From assembly GCA_046328375.1 (NCBI GenBank), contig JAXLWT010000031.1, positions 607 to 64,606 on the forward strand: a stretch of DNA of 64,000 nt. Direction: 5' to 3'. The notes beneath the pieces were generated by a model, which worked only from the letters and a program-made list of their open reading frames with translations, made no database searches and was not told the DNA's origin. The DNA comes from Thermomicrobiales bacterium (lineage in GTDB: Bacteria; Chloroflexota; Chloroflexia; Thermomicrobiales; UBA6265). Both the position numbers and the translations under genes were made by a program. Shown here piece by piece: positions 36,644 to 45,241 of this stretch (within the stretch, counting starts at the first letter, position 1; every line of letters begins with the position of its first letter).

Positions 36644-37735
36644 CTAGATCAGCACGCTGCTCGCCACTGGATCGGCCAGCCGGAAGAGCGCTTCCATGAA
36701 GTAATGATCACCGTAGATCAGCGAAACATCGATGGCGTTGCCGTGCGGCAGATCACCGGTCTGGTGCAAGAGCATCCCCTCCTCGTCGCTCTTCGCTGGC
36801 GGGGTGCACGTGTCAAGCAGCACATCGAGGAGCGCGCGTCCCTGCGCCACTCGCTGCGGCGTACCCAGGTCCAGCAATCCATCCGCCGCGATGGCGCCAG
36901 CCGAGGCGTCTCGCGGGACAGTTGGGCCATCATCCGCGAAATCCCAGGCTGGCGCTCGCCCCGGTTCCAGACGGGAGAGAAAGTCGTCGGCTGAGCGTTC
37001 TGCAACCGCCCTGAAGGCTTCGTCGCCACTCATGCGAGCCACAACGGAAAAGCCGTAGATCGCCCAGGCCTGTCCGCGGGCCCACAGCGAGGTGTCGTGC
37101 AACCCCTGGTGTGTGCCATAGCGCACGGCCCGTCCACGCTCCGGATCGAAATCGACGACGTGAAACGTGGAGCCATCCGGACGAACATGATGGGCGGCCG
37201 TGGTTTCCGCTACGCGCAACGCCATCGCCCGGTAGTGAATGTCGCCCGTCTCCTCTGCCGCCCAGAGCAGAAAAGGCAGATTCATGGCCGTGTCGACGAT
37301 GGTCCGGCCCCGGTTTGCCGGGTTGTGCGTGTCATCCCAGGCCTGCAGGTAGCCGCCCACCTGGTTGAAGCGCGTCGTCAGCGATGCCGCGGCGGTAAGG
37401 GCCACGTCCCGGAAGTACGGATCGCCCGTAATGCGGTAGCCGCGCACGAAGCTGGGGTAGAAGAGAAACCCCATGTCGTGCGTCGTGGTGTCATGCTTCC
37501 GCGGCTCCAGCCGCCGCGACCAGTCGTAGGCAGCTTCCAGGAGCGCGAGATCCCCGGTCCGCAGGTAGGCCATCCAGGTGATGCCGAGCCAGTGACCACC
37601 CGTCCAGCGTCCGCGCGGCTCCGTCAGCCAGCGCCCCTGCTCGGTCCAGTAGGGGAAGCCATCCAGGCGTGCCACGTTGCGCCGGGTTGTGGCGACGCAG
37701 GTATCCAGGGCCTCGGCGTAGCGGGTGTCCGTCAT
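36644..37735 (-). CDS. Glycoside hydrolase family 88-like (unsaturated glucuronyl hydrolase)
   Basis: ATG 37735 follows GGAGTGAG. Family strings: WTGGHWLGITWMAY...THDMGFLFYPSF...YLQAWD...IVDTAMNLPFLLWA...GQAW. Confidence 0.85.
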   Translation of the reverse strand: MTDTRYAEALDTCVATTRRNVARLDGFPYWTEQGRWLTEPRGRWTGGHWLGITWMAYLRTGDLALLEAAYDWSRRLEPRKHDTTTHDMGFLFYPSFVRGYRITGDPYFRDVALTAAASLTTRFNQVGGYLQAWDDTHNPANRGRTIVDTAMNLPFLLWAAEETGDIHYRAMALRVAETTAAHHVRPDGSTFHVVDFDPERGRAVRYGTHQGLHDTSLWARGQAWAIYGFSVVARMSGDEAFRAVAERSADDFLSRLEPGRAPAWDFADDGPTVPRDASAGAIAADGLLDLGTPQRVAQGRALLDVLLDTCTPPAKSDEEGMLLHQTGDLPHGNAIDVSLIYGDHYFMEALFRLADPVASSVLI

Positions 37736-37863
37736 TGTGCTCACTCCAGCTCGTCCACCTCTCCCACGTTCTGCCTGCAGACGCACACGGGGCAACTCCT
37801 CCCCAATGGCCAGGTCCGCACGTGCAGTACGACTGGCGGACCGGGAAGGCGAGCGTTCCCGCG

Positions 37864-38946
37864 CTAGAACACCTTCTTCATCACGCCGAGTGCACCCTGC
37901 TTCCACGGGACGCGGTGCGTAATCCCCGATTCTCCCGCGAACTGCGCCCGGCTGGCGATGTACCAGTCGAAGTTTCGCAGCAGTGCCTGCTGGTTGGAGT
38001 AGCGCGGCTCCCAGCCGAGGAGCATCCGCGCTCGCTCGATGGAGACGAAGGAATCCTTCGCGGCCGTCTCATAGACCCAGGTGTAGAGCGGTGAGAGCCC
38101 GAGCCGATCCAGGAGCCGCAGCGCCCAAATGGCCGGAGCGGCCGGGAAGCCGATGATGCGCTTCCCGAACCCCGCCGCGTCCAGCACGGCCTGGTAATCC
38201 TGGGCCATGGTCTGGAACTCTGCTGCGCCGATGTTGAAGGTGTGATTGGCCTGGGCCGCGGGCAACGTCAGGCAGAGCCAGATGGCGTCGCACAGGTCCG
38301 CGACGTCGAGCAACTGATAGCGGTTACGGCCACTGCCGATCATCGGGAAGTTACGGCCATCGAGTGCCCAGTCGTAGAGCAGCGCAAAAACGCCCAGCCG
38401 CTCTGGCCCCACGAACGATTTCGGCCGCAGGATGGGGACAACCAGTCCGCGTTCCCGGAACTGCACGGCGATCATTTCTGCCGCAATCTTGGCTTTGCCG
38501 TACGGCCCGACGCCATCCAGCCGGTCCGTTTCCAGCAGCGGGTGGTGGTCCGGGATGCCGTAGACCGCCGTCGAGGAAATGTGGACGACGCGCGGCACCC
38601 CGAGCGCCTGCGCTGTCTCCAGCACGATGCGCGTGCCGTCGACATCGGTGGTGAAGATCTCCTGGGGCGGGTACAGAGGCAGCGCCGCCGCCGTGTGGAC
38701 CACGGCGTCGACGCCCGCCATGGCGAGCGCTACGGCCGCGCGATCCCGGATATCGCCGGTGAAGGTGCGCACGCGGCCGGCCACGTCCGGGTAGTCGAAC
38801 GCCGCCAGGTCGAGCGAAGCGACCTCACAGCCCTGCGCCAGCAGAAAGCGCACCAGGTTGATGCCCAGGAACCCGGCGCCGCCCGTCACCAGCACGGAGC
38901 GCGGCGCGGCACGACTCCCGGCCATCTCCAGTTCTTCCGTCACCAT
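37864..38946 (-). CDS. NAD-dependent epimerase/dehydratase (SDR family)
   Basis: The Rossmann motif is VLVTGGAGFLGINL. The catalytic YxxxK is YGKAK. The start is ATG 38946 or 38925. Confidence 0.9.
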   Translation of the reverse strand: MVTEELEMAGSRAAPRSVLVTGGAGFLGINLVRFLLAQGCEVASLDLAAFDYPDVAGRVRTFTGDIRDRAAVALAMAGVDAVVHTAAALPLYPPQEIFTTDVDGTRIVLETAQALGVPRVVHISSTAVYGIPDHHPLLETDRLDGVGPYGKAKIAAEMIAVQFRERGLVVPILRPKSFVGPERLGVFALLYDWALDGRNFPMIGSGRNRYQLLDVADLCDAIWLCLTLPAAQANHTFNIGAAEFQTMAQDYQAVLDAAGFGKRIIGFPAAPAIWALRLLDRLGLSPLYTWVYETAAKDSFVSIERARMLLGWEPRYSNQQALLRNFDWYIASRAQFAGESGITHRVPWKQGALGVMKKVF

Positions 38947-39147
38947 TCCGCCTTCGTCTGCCCTGCAAATCCCCTCGCGAGTCTACGGAGCGAGGGCAGT
39001 TTCGTCATCTCACACGGACGACGCGCGCTCGTTGTATGAGTGACAGGGGGCGAACACACTCAACCCCTACTCCGATGCCGCCGGCTCGCCCCCTGTCCGA
39101 CCTGTCGACAGGCCACATTCCAAACCAGCAGCAAAGGGAGGCGCCGC

Positions 39148-39351
39148 ATGCTTGCGTATACGGCAGTGGATAGTCTGCGCGTCATTAGCCGTGATTTCGA
39201 TTTCGATTGGCAACCTGCCGTGAATGACGACCTGGCGGTGGCCCGTCGGAGCTGGAGCGGGCAACTCCGCACCCGCCAACGCCTGAACCGGATTGCTCTC
39301 GCCGTGCTGGCGCTCCTGCTGCCAGCCAGCGCCCTGGCCGGGATGCGCTAA
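39148..39351 (+). CDS. Small hypothetical protein with a C-terminal TM segment (67 aa)
   Basis: ATG 39148 follows AAGGGAGG. Translation is MLAYTAVDSLRVISRDFDFDWQPAVNDDLAVARRSWSGQLRTRQRLNRIALAVLALLLPASALAGMR. I recognise no family. Confidence 0.45.
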   Translation: MLAYTAVDSLRVISRDFDFDWQPAVNDDLAVARRSWSGQLRTRQRLNRIALAVLALLLPASALAGMR

Positions 39352-39407
39352 CGGGGTTCCGGCGTGCTCGGGATGGAAATCATGATGGCCCGGGCAACGC
39401 GCGACCC

Positions 39408-39460
39408 GACACACGAACGCGGGGCGTTGCGATGATCGCAACGCCCCGCGTTCGTGTGTC
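39408..39460. terminator. 53-nt perfect palindrome (26-bp arms) between convergent genes. It is probably a bidirectional terminator.
   Basis: GACACACGAACGCGGGGCGTTGCGAT g ATCGCAACGCCCCGCGTTCGTGTGTC. It lies between stop 39351 (+) and stop 39476 (-). Confidence 0.7.
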
Positions 39461-39475
39461 AGTTGGGAACCGGGT

Positions 39476-39868
39476 TCAGGCTGGCTGAGCGGCGAGGGCA
39501 TCCCGGCGTGGGAGGGTGAGGAGGCTGCGACGGCCGTAGGCCACCAGCGCGGTCACCACCCCGAGCCCCGCCGGCACCAGCGCCAGCACCCCCAGCCCCA
39601 TCGCCAGCGTACTCAGCGTTGCCCCGATCATGATCACGGTGAGCCCCACGGCCGCCAGCACCGTCACCTCCGGCCGGACCTTCAGCGCCAATGGCAGGAT
39701 CAGCCCCAGCGCTCCCAGCACCTCACAGACCCCGATAACGAGGATGAAGCTGACCGGAAACGGCGACAGCATCGCCAGCGTCTCCGGTGGGGTGAGGAGT
39801 TTGCTCCCACCCGCGAAAGCAAACACGACGGCCACCAGTCCCTGAGCCACCCACAGTGCACGGTGCAT
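39476..39868 (-). CDS. DoxX family membrane protein
   Basis: 130 aa with 4 TM helices. It begins MHRALWVAQGLVAVVFAFAGGSKL.... GCAGGAGG lies 6 nt before the ATG. Confidence 0.85.
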   Translation of the reverse strand: MHRALWVAQGLVAVVFAFAGGSKLLTPPETLAMLSPFPVSFILVIGVCEVLGALGLILPLALKVRPEVTVLAAVGLTVIMIGATLSTLAMGLGVLALVPAGLGVVTALVAYGRRSLLTLPRRDALAAQPA

Positions 39869-40204
39869 CCTGAACCTCCTGCATCCTGTCGTCTCGATGC
39901 CGTCGGGCGCTCCATGCCGGCTCGGGTCGCGCCGCCCGCCCCTGCGAGGCGGTTCTGCTCAGTAGTCGTTTGCAGATGGCCGAAATCGACAGGGCGACCG
40001 GTAACGTGCAAGACCCGATTGAGATGGCCGAGGTCCCATTTTCGCGATCAATTTATCCCGGTCGGTTGCGCTGTCACCGGATACTGTTGAGCGCTGACGT
40101 CGGGCTCTTTCACCATGCTCGATCAGCAGGCAACACCACCGTTTGCTGACCTGCCGCGTCAAGCGGCGCGCTGCAGGCAAGTCTGGGCTAAGCAGCGTCG
40201 CCTG

Positions 40205-40741
40205 CTACGAGCTTGGGGTAGCTTGCATCGGGCCAAACAGTTCGGCCAGGGGGCCACGCGGTTCACCCATCGGCTCAATCACCATCCTCGTTCCTGCTGC
40301 GGCGCCAGGTCCGTACTCGCCGGTAAGGGCACCATCTGGCGTGGCAACCTCAAGCGAGTAGATCGCGGTGAAGCTTTGTCCGTCCTCGGCAACTTCGACC
40401 GTGCCCCGGACGTGCACCATTCCACCCGGGAGTGCGCCGCCAGTCGCAGGGAAGGCCAGGGTGATTGCGCCCGTGCGCGCACCGGTGGGTTCCCACACGC
40501 CGACCGTATTTCCCCCGAAGGCGTCTGACCCGATGTACAACCCATCTGCAGTGAAGACGATGAGCTCTGGCGGGTTTGCCGGGTCGTTGACATCGCCGTC
40601 CAGCACCCAAGCCCCCACCAGCGGGTGTCCACTCATGGCCGCTGGCGTCGCCTCCTGGGCTCCAGCAGGCTGAGACGCAAGGGCTCCCATACCCAGGGAG
40701 ACGAAGACGAACAGCAGCACGAGCATCCTCGAGTAACGCAT
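40205..40741 (-). CDS. Secreted hypothetical protein (Sec signal, beta-rich)
   Basis: The signal is MRYSRMLVLLFVFVSLGMGALASQPAGA/QEA. AAAGGA SD is present. I recognise no family. Confidence 0.75.
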   Translation of the reverse strand: MRYSRMLVLLFVFVSLGMGALASQPAGAQEATPAAMSGHPLVGAWVLDGDVNDPANPPELIVFTADGLYIGSDAFGGNTVGVWEPTGARTGAITLAFPATGGALPGGMVHVRGTVEVAEDGQSFTAIYSLEVATPDGALTGEYGPGAAAGTRMVIEPMGEPRGPLAELFGPMQATPSS

Positions 40742-40770
40742 GGCGAGATCCTTTCACTTGTCGGGCTAAC

Positions 40771-40809
40771 GCCGGAATCAAATTGGGTAGAGACTCTCTC
40801 TATTCCGGC
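40771..40809. promoter_or_regulatory. Inverted repeat in a divergent promoter region. It is a candidate TetR operator.
   Basis: GCCGGAAT, 23 nt, then ATTCCGGC. A TATAGT box (40821-26) lies only 7 nt before ATG 40834, and no SD is present, so the TetR mRNA may be leaderless. Confidence 0.35.
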
Positions 40810-40833
40810 AGAGCCATGCTATAGTGAATTGCA

Positions 40834-41481
40834 ATGGACGTCAAGCTCCCTCGTTCCTACGTTTCCCCACAGCGCACCGAGGGGGCCAATGCCACCCGGC
40901 AACGCCTTCTCGCGGCTGCTGAAACCCTTTTCGCGGAGCGAGGTTTCGCGGCGACCACGATGGGGGCGATTGCGAGCGCGGCCGGTGTCTCCCCTGCGAC
41001 GGTGTATCTCCACTTCCCGAGCAAGGCCGCCGTGGTCGCCGCGCTGGCCGACGCGATCACCGCGGCCTCCGACCTGAGTGTCGAGCACGTCGAACAGGAA
41101 CCCGACCCGGTCACCCAGATCCGGATCGGCGCAGCGATTCTCCGCCGGCTGAACGAGCGTTCCTGGCTCGTCGCCGAGGTGTTGCGAGGCGCTCAGGGCG
41201 GAGAACAGGGCCTGGCCGAGACGTGGGTGACCTGGCAGCAACGGCATCTGGAGGCGATCCGGCGAGGAATAACGGCGCTTCATGGCGAGGGAGCGTTGCG
41301 GGAGGGGCTCACGCTGGATGAGGCGGTTGACGTGTTCTACGCGCTTGCCGGCACGGATGTCTATCGCGCACTGGTGCGCGAACGAGGCTGGTCTCCCGAA
41401 CGCTACGAGGCGTGGCTCTTCCGCCTGGGCTGCACCGAACTGCTTGGGAATCCGTCGGCGGCAACTCCGCACGAGCAATAG
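40834..41481 (+). CDS. TetR/AcrR family transcriptional regulator
   Basis: The HTH reads ATRQRLLAAAETLFAERGFAATTMGAIASAAGVSPATVYLHFPSK. Confidence 0.9.
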   Translation: MDVKLPRSYVSPQRTEGANATRQRLLAAAETLFAERGFAATTMGAIASAAGVSPATVYLHFPSKAAVVAALADAITAASDLSVEHVEQEPDPVTQIRIGAAILRRLNERSWLVAEVLRGAQGGEQGLAETWVTWQQRHLEAIRRGITALHGEGALREGLTLDEAVDVFYALAGTDVYRALVRERGWSPERYEAWLFRLGCTELLGNPSAATPHEQ

Positions 41482-41820
41482 GCGCAAGCACCCTACGGCT
41501 AACCGAAGCCAGGAAAGTCGCCAGGGCCAGAAACAGAGCTATTAGCCGTGTTTGGCTGGCATCCGTGATGAGAAGGATGCCTCGGTCACTCCCTGTCTCG
41601 CGCGAATGCTGCCCAACCCAGACGCAAGGGTTATCCCATCACTGGTGGAAGGTCTCGCGCGGAGCTGTCTCGCTCCCGGCAAATTGCGTGGTTGTACGGA
41701 TGCCACGCCATGCCCGTCACCCTAGCCTGAAGGCACGCGCTGCGCTGAAAACCGGCGCAGCGCCGGGACACACGCGTGCTCCCAGCACAGGCTTCATCTC
41801 GGAAGGAGATCAGCACGGGC

Positions 41821-42132
41821 ATGACGATTTCTGGACCCTCCCAGGCACACGTATCTCCAGCGCAGATCCTCCTGACCATGCTCCAGGAGCGTTTGTCCGG
41901 CGAGATCGCTGCGATTCACGCGGCTGCCCTCGAAATCCTGAGCGGGCAACAGGGCACGCCGCCGCAGGCCATCCGCATGTCGATCAACGTCGAACCGGAG
42001 GTCGTGGTGGAGCCGGGTCAGGAACCGGTTGCCGCAAATCGCTCCACAACCTGCTGGGACCACACCTACGCGTGCGGCAAGTCCGAGACGGGGTACATCA
42101 TGTGTACCGTGCATGTCTGCATGTACACCTAG
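41821..42132 (+). CDS. Small protein (103 aa) with a helical N-terminal region and a Cys/His-rich C-terminal 30 residues. It resembles a RiPP precursor or a small metal-binding protein.
   Basis: ATG 41821 follows GGAAGGAGA. Codon third positions are G/C-rich, as in neighbouring genes. The C-terminus reads ...EPVAANRSTTCWDHTYACGKSETGYIMCTVHVCMYT. Confidence 0.6.
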   Translation: MTISGPSQAHVSPAQILLTMLQERLSGEIAAIHAAALEILSGQQGTPPQAIRMSINVEPEVVVEPGQEPVAANRSTTCWDHTYACGKSETGYIMCTVHVCMYT

Positions 42133-42324
42133 GTCTCCACCTGGCGCCACGGACCAGCGCGTGCCTGGGAATTCAGGCCCACCATGGCCATGACCCCACC
42201 GGGTACGCCGGGCGAAAGCGGTGGTCCCACCCAATATGCAAAACATGCATCACGGGAACGACCACCGCTCCGGGTACGCTTCACGGGAGAACAACTCCGG
42301 TGGCGCGTTGGGCAGGAGTGAGAG

Positions 42325-43002
42325 ATGGACCGGCGGACGGCGCTGCTTTTTGACCTGGATGGCACGCTGGTCGATTCCGTCTACCAGCACGTGCTGGCCT
42401 GGCGCGTCGCGCTGGAGGCGGTGGGCATCGATCTCTCGGTCTGGCGCATTCACCGCCGCATCGGCATGAGCGGCGGTCTGTTCATTAACGCCCTGTTGCG
42501 CGAGACGGCAGGCGGCATCACCCAGGAACAGATCGACCGTGTGCGCTTTGCTCACGCCACGGCCTACAACGAACTCGCCGGTGAGGTGCGTCCCCTCCCT
42601 GGCGCCAAAGCGCTGCTGACGACGCTCACGGAAGCTGGCGTTCCCTGGGCGATCGCCACGAGTGGCCGCTGGGAAACTGCCGGGCACGTCATCGCCTCAC
42701 TTGAGATCCCGGAGGGCGTGCCGGTTGTCACGCGCGACCAGGTCGCGCACGCCAAACCGGACCCGGACCTGTTCGAGGCCGCGGCCGAGAGGCTGGGGGT
42801 GAACATCGAGCACTCCATCGTGGTTGGCGACAGCATCTGGGATCTCCTGGCCGCCCGCCGGGCCCGCGCGCTCGGGGTAGGTCTCCTCTCCGGTGGCTAC
42901 GGCGTGGACGAATTGCAGTCAGCCGGCGCCTACCGTGTCTATGAGGATCCGGCCGATCTGCTCCGCCACCTGGACGAAGTTGGCGTGCGGCGCACGGTCT
43001 GA
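42325..43002 (+). CDS. HAD-superfamily hydrolase (phosphatase)
   Basis: Motif I reads LLFDLDGTLVDS. Also present: TSG, HAKPDPDLF, VGDSIWD. GGCAGGAG SD is present. Confidence 0.9.
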   Translation: MDRRTALLFDLDGTLVDSVYQHVLAWRVALEAVGIDLSVWRIHRRIGMSGGLFINALLRETAGGITQEQIDRVRFAHATAYNELAGEVRPLPGAKALLTTLTEAGVPWAIATSGRWETAGHVIASLEIPEGVPVVTRDQVAHAKPDPDLFEAAAERLGVNIEHSIVVGDSIWDLLAARRARALGVGLLSGGYGVDELQSAGAYRVYEDPADLLRHLDEVGVRRTV

Positions 43003-43012
43003 GTTCCTCGCC

Positions 43013-43795
43013 GTGACCACAGTGACACCCACCACCGGCGCCGTGGGACAGCAGCCCGGCCCCTTCGTCCTGGTGCACTGCGCCTGGGCAGGCGGGTGGA
43101 TCTGGCGAGACGTCGCAGCTCGCCTCCGGGAGCTGGGGTACACGGTCTTCGCCCCCACGCTTTCTGGCATGGGCGAGCTGCAGCACCTGGCCCAGCCGGA
43201 TATCGACCTCGATACGCACATTGCCGATGTTGTCGATCTGCTGACCCGCGAAGATCTGCACGATGTGCAACTGATCGGCTGGAGCTACGGTGGCCTGGTC
43301 ATCAGCGGCGTGGCGGAGGTTGTGCCGGAGCGGCTGGCCCAGGTGATGTACCTGGATGCCACCGTCGCGACGGATGGGCAAAGCGGCAACGACGCAGAAC
43401 GCGCCACCGCTCAGGAGGTGGCAGAGTTGGCTGCCTCCGGGATCGCCGCCGGCCTGCCCGGGTTCTTCACCCATGACCCGTCCAGGGAGTGGCTCGCTGC
43501 GAGCATGCCCGATCCAGCCGTTCGCGACTGGGTCCTGGCCAACTTCACGCCGCACCCCATGGCAACCTACACCCAGCCGCTCTCCCTGGGCAATCCGGAC
43601 GCAGCCAGCATCCCACGCACCTACATCTTCTGCACCGAGGGCAAGGGAGATGCCGCCTCAGACCACTCGGTGTCGACCCTGGAACGCCTGTCGCACGATC
43701 CTGCCTGGCGCGTCGTGCAGGTCCAGGACACCCACATGGCGCCGGTCAACCATCCTGTGGCCATCGCGGAACTGCTCGCTTCCCTGGCGCGCTAG
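43013..43795 (+). CDS. Alpha/beta hydrolase (esterase/hydroxynitrile-lyase-like subgroup)
   Basis: Family strings: PFVLVHCAWAGGWIWRDV...FAPTLSGMG...LIGWSYGG...DTHMAPVNHP. The start is uncertain (GTG 43013 or 43022). The track ORF start at 42893 overlaps the HAD gene. Confidence 0.85.
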   Translation: MTTVTPTTGAVGQQPGPFVLVHCAWAGGWIWRDVAARLRELGYTVFAPTLSGMGELQHLAQPDIDLDTHIADVVDLLTREDLHDVQLIGWSYGGLVISGVAEVVPERLAQVMYLDATVATDGQSGNDAERATAQEVAELAASGIAAGLPGFFTHDPSREWLAASMPDPAVRDWVLANFTPHPMATYTQPLSLGNPDAASIPRTYIFCTEGKGDAASDHSVSTLERLSHDPAWRVVQVQDTHMAPVNHPVAIAELLASLAR

Positions 43796-43924
43796 CACGC
43801 GACCGGCGCCATCCGGTCAGCAAAGCAAACTCCCACGGAGCTCACAGCCCGTTCCAAGGTTCGCCCCCTATCGTGGAGACAGGTCAACGGGGCCACACCG
43901 CAGAACGACAGACAGGAGCACACC

Positions 43925-44107
43925 ATGACCCCACGCACACTGCTGACCGCTATTGGCGCGACCGCTGTCGCTTTCGCAATTGCTATCGGCATTGCCGCCG
44001 GCTCGGGTTCCAGCCCGACCACCCCGGTCTCGGCCAGCGCTGCCACCGCGCAGGCCACCCTGGCCACGCAGCGAATGGCCGCGCCTCACACCCTGCTGTC
44101 GCACTAG
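43925..44107 (+). CDS. Small membrane-anchored hypothetical protein (60 aa)
   Basis: AGGAG lies 6 nt before the ATG. Translation begins MTPRTLLTAIGATAVAFAIAIGIAAGSGSS.... It lies directly upstream of the dioxygenase-like gene. Confidence 0.5.
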   Translation: MTPRTLLTAIGATAVAFAIAIGIAAGSGSSPTTPVSASAATAQATLATQRMAAPHTLLSH

Positions 44108-44174
44108 GATTGACCGATCAACGTTTAGCTACAGCAACGTGCGCCACGACCAGCGCCGGCCAGGAGTCTTCGCC

Positions 44175-45002
44175 TTGTCACACCAATCACCGATGCGTCC
44201 GAGCCGTTCACAGTGGAACTCCCATCTGGCCGTGGCGCCAAGCCGGCGCGATCTGTTGCGCGGCGGCATGGCCGCCCTCGCGCTTGGCGTGCTCCAGGTA
44301 CGGCTCCCTGCGCCTGCTGGCGCGCAGGAGGCAGCCAGCCCAACCGCCGATCTCTGCCTGATGACGCCGGAGATGACCGAGGGCCCGTTCTACCTGGACA
44401 CCGATCTCCTGCGTGAAGATGTCACCGAGGGCACGCCCGGTCTCCCGCTGCGACTGCAGGTCCTGGTGGCGGATAGCCGCGCCTGCACCCCGCTGACCAA
44501 CGCCGCGGTCGATATCTGGCACTGTGACGCGCAGGGATTCTATTCCGGCGTCGCGGCCCGGCCCGGGAGTGGAGCAGGCGAATCACCAGCCATCGATTCC
44601 GGCACGTTCCTGCGCGGCATTCAACTCACTGGCGACGATGGCGTCGCCGAATTCACCACCATCTACCCGGGTTGGTACTCCGGCCGCACCGTGCACATCC
44701 ATATGAAAGTGCACATCGACGGCGAGACGGTGGACGAGGACACCTACGACGGTGGACACGTCTCCCACACTGGGCAACTCTTTTTCGACGACGCGATCAG
44801 CGACGAGGTCTACGGCACCTTCGAGGCCTACGCGGGCCGGGACGACAGCCAGCGCACCCGCAACGACCAGGACAACATCCTGGGCGAACACCTGGACGAA
44901 CCCGGCTTCCTCGTCAGCCTTTCTCCGCTGGACGAGAACGACCCCAGCCAGGGTTTCCTTGGCGTCATCACGATTGGGGTCGACCCGGAAGCGAGTGTAT
45001 AG
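44175..45002 (+). CDS. Intradiol ring-cleavage dioxygenase-like protein with a Tat signal
   Basis: TTG 44175 has AGGAG 8 nt upstream. ATG 44193 is an alternative. The twin-arginine motif is SRRDLLRGG. Family strings: TEGPFY, LRLQVLV...DIWHCDAQGFYSG, GWYSGRTVHIHMKVH. Confidence 0.85.
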   Translation: MSHQSPMRPSRSQWNSHLAVAPSRRDLLRGGMAALALGVLQVRLPAPAGAQEAASPTADLCLMTPEMTEGPFYLDTDLLREDVTEGTPGLPLRLQVLVADSRACTPLTNAAVDIWHCDAQGFYSGVAARPGSGAGESPAIDSGTFLRGIQLTGDDGVAEFTTIYPGWYSGRTVHIHMKVHIDGETVDEDTYDGGHVSHTGQLFFDDAISDEVYGTFEAYAGRDDSQRTRNDQDNILGEHLDEPGFLVSLSPLDENDPSQGFLGVITIGVDPEASV

Positions 45003-45081
45003 GCGGCCAGCCAGGGCTGCTCACCGCTCCGGTCAGGCGTGCCTGGCGCAGGGCAAGAATGCCGACAGTGCCACCTGCGAG

Positions 45082-45108
45082 TGTTGGCATTGTTGGCATT
45101 CTTGGCAT
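45082..45108. repeat. Three tandem 9-mers (TGTTGGCAT, TGTTGGCAT, TCTTGGCAT)
   Basis: I read this directly from the sequence. A partial fourth unit (tgttcc) follows. The upstream CAAGAATGCC (about 45053) is complementary to GGCATTCTTG inside the repeat. Confidence 0.8.
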
Positions 45109-45241
45109 TGTTCCACGGGTTACACCGGTGGCAGGGGCGTACGGAGCCCTTTGGTAAACACAATTGAACAGTACGCCGTAGGGCTGATGGCGCAGCAGGG
45201 AGATGACATCGCGGGGGTCCTCCAGCAAGAAGCCCCGCTCG

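Noticed and set aside
41821-42132. I considered calling the Cys-rich ORF a lanthipeptide (two-component lantibiotic alpha-peptide) precursor.
   Set aside because: The resemblance to the CTxTxEC motif is imperfect (one residue short, with no Glu or terminal Cys). There is no GG/GA leader cleavage site. No LanM/LanB/LanC, protease or ABC exporter lies within at least 10 kb. I kept it only as a generic RiPP-like or metal-binding candidate.
45082-45108. I considered a sigma-54 promoter (TGGCA…GCA) within the TTGGCAT tandem repeat.
   Set aside because: The GG-to-GC spacing is 9-10 nt rather than the required 12. The site also lies between two convergent gene ends.
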